Shown here piece after piece: positions 7,493 to 19,453 of a stretch of DNA of 64,000 nucleotides (positions are counted from its first letter, which is position 1; each line of letters starts with the position of its first letter). Below the pieces are notes generated by a model that was not told the DNA's origin, ran no database searches, and worked only from the letters and a program-made list of their open reading frames with translations. The position numbers were made by a program, and so were the translations under genes. Origin of the DNA: Bacteroidaceae bacterium (lineage in GTDB: Bacteria; Pseudomonadota; Alphaproteobacteria; RF32; CAG-239); the NCBI GenBank assembly GCA_963659495.1, contig CAVKTH010000002.1, positions 10,712 through 74,711 of the forward strand. The letters run 5' to 3'.

Positions 7493-8442
7493 CCCGCCAG
7501 TTCCTTGCGGCGCTTTTTAAGCTTAGTAAGTTTTTCGCTGACATTACCGGTATCGCGTCCGGTTTTAGCCAAACGGTCGTACATACGGCTGATTTCTTTT
7601 TCCAGATATGCGGTTTCAATTTCCGTACGCAAAACCGTGCGTTCTTGATATGTGCCTGTAGTGTTGATTTTATGCATATTTTCAATGCAGTCTTCCACTT
7701 CCAGATTATAACTGAGTTTTTGTTTAATAAAATACGGCAGCTCATAAACCAGCTGACGCGCGTTGGCATAAGCCTCCTGCCCGTCCGCGCATTTTATATA
7801 GCGTTTTTTCAAAAGGCGGAAAGCAATTTCCAGCTCCTCATTATTATCCACCACAATAAACGGCACCGGATTGGCAAAACCCTCTTGGGCGATGTACTTT
7901 AAGAACTCCAGCAAGTGATGGAAAAAGCCGTTAATGTTATAAATAATAAACGGTTTCATCGGCAGCATTCCGTCCTGCATCGCCACGCAGTCATAAGCCA
8001 GTTCATCCAAAGTTCCGACGCCGCCCGGGGCGAATACCACAAAGTCGGATTCCAAAAGCTTTTGCTTGCGCTCTTCCAAGGTTTTGGCAACCACTATATC
8101 CATTTTGTTAATTAACTCATCGTCATTCGGATATAGGTCAAAATATTTTTTGGTAGTAATTCCTTGAATCGGCGAACCCTCAAGCTTGCATTGGCGCTTG
8201 TTCCAGCCGTCCAGCACGCCTTTGGCTACAGCTCCCATAATGCCGCTGTTAGACAAGCCGAAATCCAGCTTAAACTCCATTTTTACTATTTTCTTGCCCA
8301 GATTGTAAGCCTCTTGAGCATATGCCGTATCATTGCCGGAGCGCGAACCGCCGGCCACAAACACGCGGATGCCCTCTTCTTTATTGGCCTGCTTAAAGCT
8401 TTGAATTACTTTTTCTTCTACATCACATATCTGCTCTGCCAT
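7489..8442 (-). CDS. LOG-family (TIGR00730) protein with a C-terminal extension
   Basis: VFVAGGSRSGND...PGGVGTLDELAYD Rossmann-like motifs. At 317 aa it is about 120 aa longer than typical LOG proteins. Its stop overlaps the start of the ABC gene. Confidence 0.65.
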   Translation of the reverse strand: MAEQICDVEEKVIQSFKQANKEEGIRVFVAGGSRSGNDTAYAQEAYNLGKKIVKMEFKLDFGLSNSGIMGAVAKGVLDGWNKRQCKLEGSPIQGITTKKYFDLYPNDDELINKMDIVVAKTLEERKQKLLESDFVVFAPGGVGTLDELAYDCVAMQDGMLPMKPFIIYNINGFFHHLLEFLKYIAQEGFANPVPFIVVDNNEELEIAFRLLKKRYIKCADGQEAYANARQLVYELPYFIKQKLSYNLEVEDCIENMHKINTTGTYQERTVLRTEIETAYLEKEISRMYDRLAKTGRDTGNVSEKLTKLKKRRKELAG

Positions 8443-8445
8443 ATT

Positions 8446-9570
8446 TTACAGCTCCTCTATATCGCCTTTGGCCTGATTTGCATAAAATTCAGCCGCAAAT
8501 TCCTGAAGCGTATCGTTTTTAATGGCAGCGCGCAATCCCTGCATTAAACGTTCATAGTAGCGGATATTGTGCCATGTAAGCAGCATAATTCCCAAAACTT
8601 CATTGCATTTTTGCAAGTGATGAATATAAGCACGGCTGTAATGGCTGCAAAGCGGACAGTCGCAGCCCTCTTCCAGCGGACGCGGGTCTTCGCGGTGGCG
8701 GGCGTTGCGGATGTTTATCGGTCCGTATTTAGTAAAAGCCTGCGCCGTGCGTCCGGAACGCGTCGGCATAACGCAGTCAAACATATCTACGCCGCGCAGA
8801 ACCGCGCCGACAATATCGTCAGGACGTCCGACGCCCATTAAATAACGAGGTTTGTCTTCCGGCAGCATTCCCGGAGCATAGTCCAAAACCTCAAACATTT
8901 TTTCCTGCCCCTCGCCGATAGCCAAACCGCCGATAGCATAGCCGTCAAAACCAATCTCCCGCAAGGCTTTAGCCGACTCTTCACGCAAATCTTTATAAAC
9001 ATTGCCTTGCTGAATACCGAAAATTCCATAGCCCTCGCGGTCAATAAAAGCGGCTTTGCTGCGTTTTGCCCAGCGCATAGACATCCGCATAGACTTGGCG
9101 CAGGTTTCATAAGTTGACGGGTACGGCGTGCATTCGTCCAGACACATAGTAATATTTGAATCCAGCTTATGCTGAATGCTCATAGACTCTTCCGGACTTA
9201 AGAAGAACTTTTTACCGTCAACATGCGAGCGGAAAGTCACGCCCTCTTCCGTAAGCTTGCGCAAGCCGCTCAGGCTCATAACCTGAAAGCCGCCGGAATC
9301 CGTCAAAATAGGCTTATTCCAGTTCATAAACTTGTGCAGGCCGCCCATTTTTTCAACCAAGTCAGCACCGGGACGCAGCATTAAATGATAAGTATTGCCC
9401 AGCAAAATTTCCGCGCCGGTTGCCGCCACGCTTTCCGGCATCATAGCTTTAACCGTGCCGCAAGTTCCCACCGGCATAAACGCCGGAGTATTCACCACGC
9501 CGTGTTTGGTAATTAAGCGCCCTAAACGGCTTTTGCCGGATTTTTTATCAATTTCAAACTTCAGTCCCAT
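8446..9570 (-). CDS. tgt: Queuine tRNA-ribosyltransferase
   Basis: 374 aa: [15 protein letters not shown]...PVGT..., the LMGVGRPDD motif, and the zinc site [17 protein letters not shown]. Confidence 0.9.
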   Translation of the reverse strand: MGLKFEIDKKSGKSRLGRLITKHGVVNTPAFMPVGTCGTVKAMMPESVAATGAEILLGNTYHLMLRPGADLVEKMGGLHKFMNWNKPILTDSGGFQVMSLSGLRKLTEEGVTFRSHVDGKKFFLSPEESMSIQHKLDSNITMCLDECTPYPSTYETCAKSMRMSMRWAKRSKAAFIDREGYGIFGIQQGNVYKDLREESAKALREIGFDGYAIGGLAIGEGQEKMFEVLDYAPGMLPEDKPRYLMGVGRPDDIVGAVLRGVDMFDCVMPTRSGRTAQAFTKYGPINIRNARHREDPRPLEEGCDCPLCSHYSRAYIHHLQKCNEVLGIMLLTWHNIRYYERLMQGLRAAIKNDTLQEFAAEFYANQAKGDIEEL

Positions 9571-9581
9571 GTCATATCCTA

Positions 9582-10766
9582 TTATCTTACTTGTGAACGC
9601 GGAGGAACAGGATTGCCCATTCCTTTAACTATATTGCTTCTATTTACGTATCCGGCCTCGCCGTTGTCAATAATTATTTTGAACCATTGCTTATCCGGCG
9701 TATATCCGACTACACGGACAGTTTGTCCGGCAACTCCCTCTTTCAGCACATCATAGCGGCTGTCCGGACCGTAATAAATCTTGCCGGCGGCTTTCAGATG
9801 AAAGATATAGCGGTCATCGCCTTTATCGCCGTCTACTTTAATTATATGGCTTTCTATTTGGTCGTCTGCCACCCGCTCGCCGCCGAGAATCATCTCTTTA
9901 TAATAGCTGTCAGCCTTGTGCGGCAGGTTTATCATTCCGATTTTGCCCATGCAGAAAATCAGCAGAACCGCTGCCACCGCGGCAAAAAATACCGGCATAA
10001 GCAGCTGCCTTGTCCGCAATTCTGCCGCCGACCACTTGGGCAGCACCACCGACTTTTGCGGATGATAGTCCAAAATATCTATAAAAGTCTGCAATAATTC
10101 TTTTTCGCGGCTGTCAGTTTTTACCAACAGCATCGCCTGCTTGGCATATATCCAGGATAAATCCTTGCGTCCGCTGCTTTCATAAGCCACAGCGTTGTGT
10201 ATCAGCAATTTCAGATTATCTTCATCCGCCGCGGCCGCCGCCTGATAATTAAATTTAAGCGCTTTTATATTTTCAGCAAACGCCGCCGCTCCCCACCAGC
10301 CGCGCAGCCAATTTGCGACAGAGGTGGCAACCGCCATATCTTTAGCTTCTGAAAAATTGCAGATATCTTTAGTTTCTTTTTTCTGGAAACCCGTAAAAAA
10401 CGCCGTAATTCTGCGCTGTTTCAGCACCCGCAGCGCCGCGTCGTCCTGCCCCGCTTGATTTTTATACGGATTCAAAGAATCCATATCCGGAAAATCTTTA
10501 TCATTATATATGATTGAAAGCAGGTCATATTTCAGGCGGTTTTTCTGGTCTTTCAGCAGATTATAAGCCACAGAAATTTTTTGGAATATTTCTACGGCGT
10601 TCGGATTGTCATTATGGTCAGGGTGCCAATATTTAGCCCGGTCATAATACTGCTGCTTTATCAGCGAAAGCGGCGCATTAGGCGTGACTTCCAAAACTTT
10701 ATAATATCCTTTAGCATCAAAATTAGCGCTCATCGGCAGTCTCCTCAATCCACAGTTTTTTAGCAA
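9582..10766 (-). CDS. J-domain protein with a C-terminal SH3b-like domain and one TM helix
   Basis: [32 protein letters not shown] is a DnaJ J-domain carrying the HPD motif. A TM segment ([18 protein letters not shown]) is present. The C-terminus reads [19 protein letters not shown]. Confidence 0.65.
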   Translation of the reverse strand: MLKNCGLRRLPMSANFDAKGYYKVLEVTPNAPLSLIKQQYYDRAKYWHPDHNDNPNAVEIFQKISVAYNLLKDQKNRLKYDLLSIIYNDKDFPDMDSLNPYKNQAGQDDAALRVLKQRRITAFFTGFQKKETKDICNFSEAKDMAVATSVANWLRGWWGAAAFAENIKALKFNYQAAAAADEDNLKLLIHNAVAYESSGRKDLSWIYAKQAMLLVKTDSREKELLQTFIDILDYHPQKSVVLPKWSAAELRTRQLLMPVFFAAVAAVLLIFCMGKIGMINLPHKADSYYKEMILGGERVADDQIESHIIKVDGDKGDDRYIFHLKAAGKIYYGPDSRYDVLKEGVAGQTVRVVGYTPDKQWFKIIIDNGEAGYVNRSNIVKGMGNPVPPRSQVR

Positions 10767-11520
10767 TATTCATCACATCTTCCGCTGCTTCTGAATTTGG
10801 ATAGCGATTCAAAAGCAATACATGGTTGCGGATGGCGTCGCGCACGCGGGTATCGCGGCGGATAACCCCCAGCAGCCGCGGCGTTGACGACATATACTGC
10901 TCGCACCCGTGCCGCAAAGTATCATAGGTTCGTATACCCTCTTCGTATGAATTAGCATAGTTTATCACAATTTGCAAACTCTTATACGGAAAACGGCTGC
11001 CGTTGCGCTGCAAAAAATCATAAGTCGCAACCACATTGGCCGGCTCGTTAGTGCAGACCAAAATCAAATCCGCGGGCGGCAGCAGATTATGCAGAATTTT
11101 TTCGGAAGCCGGCAAATCTATTACGGCGTTATCATAATTCTGCGCCAGCAAAGCCAATTCCTCGCGCAAAATCTGCAGGCGCCCCAAAGGTATGCCCTCC
11201 AGCAAATCGCTGCCCATTAAGCCGCTGATAACATCAAACTTTTTCTTATTTACCGGCGAAACCGCCTGATTCAGCGTAAGTTTTCCGGATATTACCTGAT
11301 TCAGATAGCCACGGCAGTTGATATCCAGCTGAAAATCCGTATTCAAAAGCCCGCTGTTGGCGTCAAACAGCAGCACGCTTTTGTGCAGCAGGTTAAGCGC
11401 ATGCGCCAAGGTCACGGAAAGCCAGGTTTTTCCCATGCTGCCAAAGCCCGATGTAACCGCTGTTATTTTTGATTGCGGCGTTAAAAACAAATTTTTATTT
11501 GTGTTATCCTGATTTACCAT
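10723..11520 (-). CDS. ParA/MinD-superfamily ATPase-like protein with a deviant Walker A (SGFGSMGKT)
   Basis: The fold is ParA/MinD-like, but the P-loop SGFGSMGKT deviates from the canonical GKGGVGKT. The annotated start at 11577 gives a 44-nt overlap with the J-domain gene at its 3' end. The Met at 11520 is the more likely start. Confidence 0.45.
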   Translation of the reverse strand: MVNQDNTNKNLFLTPQSKITAVTSGFGSMGKTWLSVTLAHALNLLHKSVLLFDANSGLLNTDFQLDINCRGYLNQVISGKLTLNQAVSPVNKKKFDVISGLMGSDLLEGIPLGRLQILREELALLAQNYDNAVIDLPASEKILHNLLPPADLILVCTNEPANVVATYDFLQRNGSRFPYKSLQIVINYANSYEEGIRTYDTLRHGCEQYMSSTPRLLGVIRRDTRVRDAIRNHVLLLNRYPNSEAAEDVMNIAKKLWIEETADER

Positions 11521-11638
11521 CTTGTACTTTTCTTTTTTTGTTATTATGATAGTGACAAATTTATTGTTTTGTTGCAAACGATTAAAATCTTTTTAACACA
11601 ATTTATTTATATTTTGACTATATGGTTGGGAAATATAC

Positions 11639-12613
11639 ATGAAAAGATTTATAATTTATACTTTATTTTGCTGTCTGGCAGCCTTAAATCCGGCTTTGGC
11701 TCAGCATATGGTGCAGAAACAGGGCTATTTAACCGAAGATTTGTATTACACCGGATTGCCCGACTATCCGCCTTTTTCCCAATATCTTACTGAAAAACAA
11801 GGAATTTATTCTTTAGAGAGCGCGTTTTTAAAACCTATAAAAGACATTGCTCAGAAATATGATTTTAAAATAAAAGACGAAGCCATGGTAGAAAGAGCAA
11901 GCCTGCAGACGGTAATTTTAGACATCCGCAGCGGCAAATCTCAAATATTTATCGGCGCTTATTCCGACACCAAGCTGTTTACCGGCATACATCTGATTTA
12001 TCCGGCCTCGGTTTCTAACCCTATTCATGTAATTACTCTGCCCGACGATCAGGAAAAAATAAAATCATCCAAAGACTTAGCCGCCTTAAGAGGCGTTATC
12101 AGCAAAACCGAATATGTCAGCGATTTTGTTTTAAGAAAAATAAAACCGCTGAATCTGACTTTTGCGGAAACGCCTTATGAAGCCTATGAAAAGCTGTTTA
12201 CCGGCGAGGCCGACTATATTCTGGGCGGGCTTTATTATAACCGCATTATGGCGAGCCGCTACGGAATTGAACAATATTTAGCATATTCTAAAAAACCGTT
12301 GTTCAAAATTCCGGTTTTTGTTGCACTTTCCAAAGTTATGCCTAAATTATCGCTTTATGATAAAATATTTTCGCAAGAATTTAACAAGCCTGAGTTCGGC
12401 AATGCCGTAAAAAAAGAAATTTTACGCATGGTAGAAGATGAAATTGCCAAAAATCAGGGAATTGTTCCGCCGGCTTTTGCCAAACAAGCAGCGCCGCAGA
12501 CCGAAGAAACCGAATTGCCGGCTGCAGATGCTCCGGGAGAAAACTCAGGCGGGCGCGTGCTGGAACAAAAAGTTGAACAAAAGTCTTTTGATGAAGTGTT
12601 GGATGGAATTTAG
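11639..12613 (+). CDS. Periplasmic solute-binding-like protein with a signal peptide
   Basis: Signal peptide MKRFIIYTLFCCLAALNPALA. The overall architecture resembles type 3 substrate-binding proteins. The C-terminus is Pro/Ala/Glu-rich. Confidence 0.4.
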   Translation: MKRFIIYTLFCCLAALNPALAQHMVQKQGYLTEDLYYTGLPDYPPFSQYLTEKQGIYSLESAFLKPIKDIAQKYDFKIKDEAMVERASLQTVILDIRSGKSQIFIGAYSDTKLFTGIHLIYPASVSNPIHVITLPDDQEKIKSSKDLAALRGVISKTEYVSDFVLRKIKPLNLTFAETPYEAYEKLFTGEADYILGGLYYNRIMASRYGIEQYLAYSKKPLFKIPVFVALSKVMPKLSLYDKIFSQEFNKPEFGNAVKKEILRMVEDEIAKNQGIVPPAFAKQAAPQTEETELPAADAPGENSGGRVLEQKVEQKSFDEVLDGI

Positions 12614-12626
12614 GGAGGTTATATAA

Positions 12627-13292
12627 ATGGTTCTTTTAGTGCATAACAGCGTTTTGCCGCAATGCCGGAAAATCAGGATTCTGATGTCCGAAAAGAAAAT
12701 GCTGTTTGTTTTGAAAGAAGAAAATCCGTGGAAACTTTCTAAGGATATTATGAAAATAAATCCGGCGGGAGAGCTTCCGGTCTTTATTTATGACGGGAAT
12801 ATAATTTCCGGCAACTATGCCATTACCGAATTTTTGGAAGAAACCTACACCCAAAACCGTTTAATCAACGGCAACAACAAAGAGCGCGCCGAAGTCCGGC
12901 GTTTGGTAGACTGGTTTGACAATAAATTCAACCGCGAAGTTTATCAATATATTGCCGGCGAGAAAATCTATAAGCGCTTTGCCCTGCAGCAGCCGCCGGA
13001 ATCCCGCCGCATTAAAGCCGGTATCAACAACCTGCGCTTTCATCTGGAATATATTGACTGGATAACCGAAAGAAACAACTATCTTGCCGGAAATAACTTT
13101 TCGCTGGCAGATATCAGCGCGGCGGCTCAGCTCTCTATTATTGACTATTTGGGCGATGTGCCTTGGGAAGACTATAAAAATGCTAAGCTTTGGTATTCTA
13201 AAATCAAGTCGCGTCCAAGTTTCAAAGATATTTTAAACGACCGTTTTAAAGGTATTTATCCGGCAAAACATTATAATGATTTGGATTTTTAA
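12627..13292 (+). CDS. Glutathione S-transferase family protein
   Basis: N-terminal thioredoxin-like domain (LSKDIMKINPAGELPVFIYDGNIISGNYAITEFLEE) followed by a C-terminal helical domain. Confidence 0.55.
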   Translation: MVLLVHNSVLPQCRKIRILMSEKKMLFVLKEENPWKLSKDIMKINPAGELPVFIYDGNIISGNYAITEFLEETYTQNRLINGNNKERAEVRRLVDWFDNKFNREVYQYIAGEKIYKRFALQQPPESRRIKAGINNLRFHLEYIDWITERNNYLAGNNFSLADISAAAQLSIIDYLGDVPWEDYKNAKLWYSKIKSRPSFKDILNDRFKGIYPAKHYNDLDF

Positions 13293-13294
13293 CC

Positions 13295-13753
13295 ATGCGA
13301 TACTTACTGCTGATATCATTAGTTTTTTTGGCTTCCTGCTCTTCTTGGGGCGGAAAAGGGCAGATTATTTATCATTGGGAAAGAGAGCGCACCGGCGTGC
13401 AGAAATTTTCCCGCGACCACTCAGAATGCCTGAAACAAGCCGAACCATGGTACCATTGGCCGGATTTCAGCAGCTGGTTTTATTCGGAAGAATACCGCTA
13501 TAATATTGTGGTAGACTGGCATAAGTCAAAAGGCATCTGGGCTAGCTATGTGCCGTACCGCGGCGCTTCTCCGCTGCTGGTAAATTCCATCCGCGACTCA
13601 GCCGATTCCGATCCTAAGGAATATCGTCTGTGCATGGAAGCTAAAGGCTACTGGCACAGAAAATATGACATTCCGACTGTAACCAACGTATTTGTTTATA
13701 ACCCGCAAAAAGGCACGGATTACGTTCCGCTGGAAAGCGTCTACAGCAAATAA
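13295..13753 (+). CDS. Hypothetical lipoprotein
   Basis: Lipobox MRYLLLISLVFLASCSS. The mature protein is Trp/Tyr-rich. Confidence 0.4.
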   Translation: MRYLLLISLVFLASCSSWGGKGQIIYHWERERTGVQKFSRDHSECLKQAEPWYHWPDFSSWFYSEEYRYNIVVDWHKSKGIWASYVPYRGASPLLVNSIRDSADSDPKEYRLCMEAKGYWHRKYDIPTVTNVFVYNPQKGTDYVPLESVYSK

Positions 13754-15129
13754 CCGCCGCCGCTGGCTTTGTAATAAGCTATCAGATTTTGGAAAATTCC
13801 GGCTTTGCTGTCTAAGCTGCTGTTTTGGGCTTGCAGGCGGTTCTGCTCCATAGTCAAAAAATCCGAAAACTCTATAAGCCCGCTGCGGTATTTTTCGGAA
13901 GACGCCGCCACAACCTTGTTCATATTTGCCAAAGCGCGGTTTTGCAGCCGGTTTCTTTTTAATTCGTTCTGCACGTTTGCCATGGCGTTTTTCAATTCGC
14001 CGACAGCAGTTAAAACCGTTTTTTTATACACAGCAAAAGCTTCCTGCTTTTGGTATTTTTGCTTATTTAACTGATTTTGCAGGCGGTTCCAATCTAAAAG
14101 GGGCAGGCTCAGCAGAGGCTCATAGCTATAGCCTTGGCTTTGGGAATTAAACAAACTATTGCCGCCGCTGGCCGCATATCCCCATAAAGCCGAAATACTG
14201 ACATTGGGATATAAATCGGCTACCGCTGCGCCGACTAAAGCATTTTGCGCCGCCAAGTTCTGCTCGGCCGCCGCCACATCCGGACGCTGCCGGATTACCG
14301 AAGCCGGAAGATTATACATGGCTTTGATATTATATTGATAGGCATTGCTGAAAATCGGCGAACGCTTCTCGGCATCCAGCCTCAGCTGCGACGGCAAAAC
14401 GCCGGATAAAACGGCTAAAGCATTTTTATATTGCTCTACTTGGCTCTGCAGCTGCGGTATCTGCGTTTCGGTTGAATTAAGCAAATACTCCGCCTGATTA
14501 TAAGCGATATCGTCGGTTAAGCCGCTTTGATATTTAGATTTTACCACACCGAAAATATCTCGCTGCAGAGCTAAATTCTGTTTGGCGATACGCAGCTTTT
14601 CAACTGCTAATTTCAAATTAACATAGTCCGAAGCGATTTCTGCCGCCACCACATTTTTAACCTGATTTAAGCTATATTCTTCGGCTTTCAGCATTGCGGC
14701 TGCAGCTTCATCCTGACGGCGTCCCTTGCCCCAAATATCCAGCTCCCAAGAAGCGTCAAAACCGGCATTATAATAATGCGTATCGGCTGTCGGTCCGATG
14801 TTTTTGCTGTTTTTCTGATAGTTATAGCCGCCGCGGGCGTTTATCTGCGGCAAAAATCCGGCTTGGCTGATTTTCAGCTCCGCCCGAGCCTGACGCAGTC
14901 TGGCTATAGCCTGTTCAATATCCGTGCTGTTTTTAAGCCCTTGCTCAATCAGTATATTAAGCTGTTCATCCCCGAACAAGGCATACCAGCTTTTAGAGGG
15001 CTGAGTTCCGTTTTTCAGCGCCAGTTCCTGCTTTATAACCGAATCATTATAAAGTGCAGGACGGCTGAAATCTTCGCCAACCGTACAAGCGGCGGCGGTA
15101 AAGCTCAATAATACAGCTAACTTACGCAT
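13741..15129 (-). CDS. RND efflux outer-membrane channel, NodT/OprM family lipoprotein
   Basis: Lipobox [10 protein letters not shown] and TolC-like duplicated coiled-coil repeats. The Met (MRKLAVLL) at 15129 is the likely start; the longer annotated ORF would overlap acrB. Confidence 0.8.
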   Translation of the reverse strand: MRKLAVLLSFTAAACTVGEDFSRPALYNDSVIKQELALKNGTQPSKSWYALFGDEQLNILIEQGLKNSTDIEQAIARLRQARAELKISQAGFLPQINARGGYNYQKNSKNIGPTADTHYYNAGFDASWELDIWGKGRRQDEAAAAMLKAEEYSLNQVKNVVAAEIASDYVNLKLAVEKLRIAKQNLALQRDIFGVVKSKYQSGLTDDIAYNQAEYLLNSTETQIPQLQSQVEQYKNALAVLSGVLPSQLRLDAEKRSPIFSNAYQYNIKAMYNLPASVIRQRPDVAAAEQNLAAQNALVGAAVADLYPNVSISALWGYAASGGNSLFNSQSQGYSYEPLLSLPLLDWNRLQNQLNKQKYQKQEAFAVYKKTVLTAVGELKNAMANVQNELKRNRLQNRALANMNKVVAASSEKYRSGLIEFSDFLTMEQNRLQAQNSSLDSKAGIFQNLIAYYKASGGGYLL

Positions 15130-18100
15130 TTTCGGCCTCCTTTTTTTGAGATTGCGGAGCAAAATGTTCTTTAAGATGTTCAAAAAAGGCAAACAACGCC
15201 GGAATAAAGATGATACCGATTAAAGTCGCCGCAATCATCCCGTAAAATACCGATGAACCGATAGCTATCTGCGAGCTTGCTCCGGCGCCGGTTGCCACAA
15301 TCATCGGGAACACGCCCAAAATAAAAGTAAACGCCGTCATTAAAACCGCACGGTAACGCTCTTCGGCTCCGCGGCGCGCCGCCTCGGTAATCGGCAGCCC
15401 CTGTTCGCGGTACATTTTGGTAAATTCCACAATCAAAATAGCATTTTTAGCCGCCAAGCCTATCAGCATAATCAAGCCCAGCTGCGCATAAATACTCAGC
15501 GACTGCCCCATGACCCACAAACCGGCTAAGGCGCCTAAAATGGCAAATACCGTAGAGAATATCACCGCCAAAGCCAGCAGCCAGCTTTCGTACAGCGCCA
15601 CCAAAAATAAATAGCAAAACACAACGGCCAAGCTGATGAGGATTACCGCCAGACCGCGGGTTTCCACCTCTTGCAGGCTCAGCCCCGTCCACCAGATATC
15701 ATATTCTTTAGGCAGAACTTTTTCCAGCTGCTCCAGCTTGTCCAAAGCCGTGCCGCTGCTGATACTGTCTTTTGACATAGCTGTAACAGATGCCGATGTA
15801 TATTGATTAAAACGATAGATTATTTTCGGCGAAAGCTCGGTTTTGACATCGGCAAAGCTGTTTATGCGCACCAGCTGCCCTTCGTTGGAACGGACGTACA
15901 AATTGCCGATATCTTCCAAATTCCGGCGGTATTGATAATCGGCCTGCAAAATAACCTTGTTTACCTGCCCGCTTAAAGTGATATTGTTAATATAGCGCGA
16001 GCCTAAATTATTCTGCAAAGCGGCAAACAAAGACGATACCGGAATCTTATAATATTCCAATTTTTTGCGGTCTATATCCAGATAAATATGCGGAGTTTCG
16101 GCGGTAAAGGTGCTGAAAGCATAGTCAAAATAGCCGCTTTTATTGACTGACTGCAGATATTCTGCCAGCTGCGAATACAGCTGCTGCGGCGATGTATTGC
16201 CGTTCATAGTCACAAATTCCAGAGAAATACCGTTGCTCTGCCCTACCCCCGGAATGGCCGGCGGAGCAAAAAAGTTTATAACCGCCTGCTTGTTACCGGC
16301 AAACTGACGGCGCAAATCTTGGCTTATGGCTTCTATAGACAAGTTTTTAGCCTTGCGTTTATCCCAATTTTCCAAACCAATCACACCCAGCGCCACATTT
16401 TCGCCGCTGCCGCCCAGCATACTGTAACCGGCAACCGATATAAAATATTTAACGCCTTTAGTCTGCAGAATCTTATCATTCATCTCACTTAAAACTTTAT
16501 TGGTTTCATTTATGCTTGCCGTATCCGCCAGCTGGATATTGCCGAAAATAATACCTTGGTCTTCTTCCGGCAGAAACGAGGTCGGAGTATAGGCAAACCC
16601 AGCCGCTATCAGCGCTATTGTTCCCAGCATGCACAGCAGCATGGTTTTCAGATGTTCCGAAAAATAAACCACCGATTTCAGATAATAGGCCTTGCTTTTA
16701 TCCAGCACCTTATCAAACCAAGCAAAAAAGCCGTGCGGCTCGCTGTTTTCGTCTCCGCGCAGAAATATTGCGCACAAAGCCGGACTCAGCGTCAGAGCAT
16801 TAAGCGCCGAAAAAGCAACCGCCGTAGCAATGGTTACAGCAAACTGCTGATAAATTTTGCCGGTAATCCCGGCCATTAAGCCTACCGGAATAAAAATAGC
16901 CAGCAGCACAAACGTGGTCGCCACAATGGCGCTGCTAATCTGCCGCATAGCCGTCAGCGACGCGGTTTTGGAATCTTGCTTTTGGTTCAGCATCAAATAC
17001 TGCACCCGCTCCACTACAATAATGGCGTCATCCACCACCAGACCAATCGCCAAAATCATGGCAAACAGCGTCAGAATGTTTATATTAAATCCCAGCAGAT
17101 ACACAACTATAAACGTGGCAATCAGAGAAACCGGAATTGTAAACAGCGGTATCAGCGTGGTTTTAAGCTTTTGCAAAAAGATATACGTTACCAGCACCAC
17201 CAATAAAAAAGTAATCAGCAGCGTATCTATAATACTTTGAATAGAAGCACGCACATACTCTGTAGAATCATACGCAACCTGCAAATCCATATCCTGCGGC
17301 AGAACTTCCGACAAATCGGCAATTTTCCGGCGCAGGTTATCCATAATCTGCAAAGAGTTGGAATTCGGCAGCTGATTGATAGCCATAATCAGCGCCGGAG
17401 CGTTATTATAGCCGGATTTAATGTTATAAGTATCGGCGCCCAATTCTACTGAAGCCACATCTTTAAGATATATCTGCGCGCCGTCGGCGCCTGAGGCCAC
17501 CACAATATTTTCAAAATCGGCAACGCTGTTAAGCAGGCCTTTAGCCGTCAGCGACAGCACAATTTTATTGTCTTTAGCGCTCGGCGCCGCACCGATACTG
17601 CCGACCGAAGCCTGTATGTTTTGGCTTTTTACGGCGTTCATCACATCACTGCTGTTCAGCCCCAGCGCATTAAGCTTATCCGAATTAAGCCAAATTCTCA
17701 TACTGTACTGCGGTCCGAAAATCTGAACTTCGCCTACGCCTTTGACTCGGGCCAGCGCGTTTTTTATGTTGGTATAAGCATAGTTGCTCAAAAATAAATC
17801 ATCATAAGAATGGTTAGGCGAGCGCAGCACCAGCAAGGCCAAAATATTCGGGTTTTGGGTTTTAACGCTGACGCCGTACTGATTAACTTCGTCCGGCAGC
17901 TCCGACATTACCTGCTGCAGGCGGTTCTGCACTTTTACCTGCGCTATATCGGCATCGGTGCCGATGTCAAAAGTCACGGTCAGCTCATATGAGCCGTTAT
18001 CATCGGATGATGAGGACATATAAAGCATATTCTCTACGCCGTTAACCTCGTTTTCTATCGGCACGGCAACCGTATCGGCCAAAACCTGAGAACCGGCACC

Positions 18101-18253
18101 GGAATAGGTTGTGGACACCACAATCTGCGGCGGAGTAATTTCCGGATATTGCGCCACCGGCAGCACCGCCAGCGACAGCAGGCCAAGGATTATCAGCACA
18201 ATAGAAAGCACAATCGCAAAACGCGGACGGTTAATAAAAAAGGCCGAAAACAT
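15122..18253 (-). CDS. RND multidrug efflux transporter (AcrB/MexB family)
   Basis: 1043 aa with 12 TM helices and two large periplasmic loops, and the characteristic AcrB N-terminus [24 protein letters not shown]. Confidence 0.9.
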   Translation of the reverse strand: MFSAFFINRPRFAIVLSIVLIILGLLSLAVLPVAQYPEITPPQIVVSTTYSGAGSQVLADTVAVPIENEVNGVENMLYMSSSSDDNGSYELTVTFDIGTDADIAQVKVQNRLQQVMSELPDEVNQYGVSVKTQNPNILALLVLRSPNHSYDDLFLSNYAYTNIKNALARVKGVGEVQIFGPQYSMRIWLNSDKLNALGLNSSDVMNAVKSQNIQASVGSIGAAPSAKDNKIVLSLTAKGLLNSVADFENIVVASGADGAQIYLKDVASVELGADTYNIKSGYNNAPALIMAINQLPNSNSLQIMDNLRRKIADLSEVLPQDMDLQVAYDSTEYVRASIQSIIDTLLITFLLVVLVTYIFLQKLKTTLIPLFTIPVSLIATFIVVYLLGFNINILTLFAMILAIGLVVDDAIIVVERVQYLMLNQKQDSKTASLTAMRQISSAIVATTFVLLAIFIPVGLMAGITGKIYQQFAVTIATAVAFSALNALTLSPALCAIFLRGDENSEPHGFFAWFDKVLDKSKAYYLKSVVYFSEHLKTMLLCMLGTIALIAAGFAYTPTSFLPEEDQGIIFGNIQLADTASINETNKVLSEMNDKILQTKGVKYFISVAGYSMLGGSGENVALGVIGLENWDKRKAKNLSIEAISQDLRRQFAGNKQAVINFFAPPAIPGVGQSNGISLEFVTMNGNTSPQQLYSQLAEYLQSVNKSGYFDYAFSTFTAETPHIYLDIDRKKLEYYKIPVSSLFAALQNNLGSRYINNITLSGQVNKVILQADYQYRRNLEDIGNLYVRSNEGQLVRINSFADVKTELSPKIIYRFNQYTSASVTAMSKDSISSGTALDKLEQLEKVLPKEYDIWWTGLSLQEVETRGLAVILISLAVVFCYLFLVALYESWLLALAVIFSTVFAILGALAGLWVMGQSLSIYAQLGLIMLIGLAAKNAILIVEFTKMYREQGLPITEAARRGAEERYRAVLMTAFTFILGVFPMIVATGAGASSQIAIGSSVFYGMIAATLIGIIFIPALFAFFEHLKEHFAPQSQKKEAENA

Positions 18254-18256
18254 AGT

Positions 18257-19381
18257 TTATTCCTCCTTTTGCGGTTGATTTTGAATTTGTACTTTCTGTC
18301 CCAGCAGCTGCGGTTCAATATCCTGTGTTATCAGGCTTTCGCCGCCGCTGAAATCATTTTTCAAAATAAAGCTGCCGCCGTCTTCCGCCAGAATCTGCAC
18401 CGGCTTTAAGATAATTTCGCCGTCTTTTACCGCATATACAAAATTGCTGTTATTTTTCATCTGCACCAAGTTTTTAGCAACCGAAACCGCGTTTTTATAG
18501 GTATGCTCCAGCAAAACTTTTACATAGGCATTAGGAATCAGCATTTTATCCGGATTTTCAAATTCAGCATAAACCGCCAAGGTATTTGTGCTTTTTTCTA
18601 TGGCGTTCTCGGTATAAATCACTTTGCCGGCAAAAGGATATTTTTTGCCGTCTGAAAGTATCAGGCGCACTTTATCGGCAAATAAGTCATGATTTTGCAA
18701 AAATTCTTTATCCGTTACCGAAAAAATCACACGCGCCGGATTATATTGCACAATACGCACCAAACTGGGATTCATTGACGGAGTGACAAAATCTCCGATT
18801 GCAATATTGATATTGCCTAAAACTCCGTCAAACGGCGCTTTTACTAAAGTATAATTCAAATTGATACGGGCGGTTTCCAAGTTTGCGGCAGCTTGCTTAG
18901 CCGCGGCTTCAGCCGTCAGAACCGCGGTTTTAGCGTTGTCTAATTCAGTCTGCGACACCGCTCTGGCTCCGGCTTTCTGCAAGCGGCTGTATTGATTCTG
19001 CGCATTCTGCAAATCCGCCGCCGCAGACAGAACCGCCGCATAGGCCGAATGCACAGCCGCTTTATATTCTTCCTGCCGCAGTACAATCAGAACGTCGCCG
19101 CGCTTTACCTGCTGCCCGCTGTCGGCCGGAATATCGGCGACATAGCCGCTTAAATACGGCAAAATATTAACACTGCGGATAGCCGCAACCCTGCCGATAA
19201 AATTTTTTGCAATGCTGATATCTTCTGCTTTCGGCAATTCTGCCGCAACCGATATTGTTTTTTCGGCTGCTTCCGGCTTTACGGACTGCGGACGGCTGTA
19301 AATATAAAACAATATGCCGCCGCCCGCGATTATCAGCAATAAAATTATAATCAGCCAATTTTTGAAAGTATCTTTTTTCAT
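18257..19381 (-). CDS. RND efflux membrane-fusion protein (AcrA/MexA/HlyD family)
   Basis: Single N-terminal TM helix, alpha-hairpin coiled coil, and lipoyl/beta-barrel motifs. An AGGAGG RBS lies before the MKKDTFKNW start. Confidence 0.8.
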   Translation of the reverse strand: MKKDTFKNWLIIILLLIIAGGGILFYIYSRPQSVKPEAAEKTISVAAELPKAEDISIAKNFIGRVAAIRSVNILPYLSGYVADIPADSGQQVKRGDVLIVLRQEEYKAAVHSAYAAVLSAAADLQNAQNQYSRLQKAGARAVSQTELDNAKTAVLTAEAAAKQAAANLETARINLNYTLVKAPFDGVLGNINIAIGDFVTPSMNPSLVRIVQYNPARVIFSVTDKEFLQNHDLFADKVRLILSDGKKYPFAGKVIYTENAIEKSTNTLAVYAEFENPDKMLIPNAYVKVLLEHTYKNAVSVAKNLVQMKNNSNFVYAVKDGEIILKPVQILAEDGGSFILKNDFSGGESLITQDIEPQLLGQKVQIQNQPQKEE

Positions 19382-19453
19382 AGCCGCCAAACCTCCTGAA
19401 TATGATAAGCCTGACTTTAGATATGCTGAAAAAAGCACTTTTCAAGAGAACGG

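Noticed and set aside
15447-17452. Several 60-130 aa ORFs antisense to or out of frame within the AcrB gene (for example 16857-17240 +, 15447-15692 -)
   Set aside because: Fully embedded in a 1043-aa conserved RND transporter gene. Low-complexity translations.
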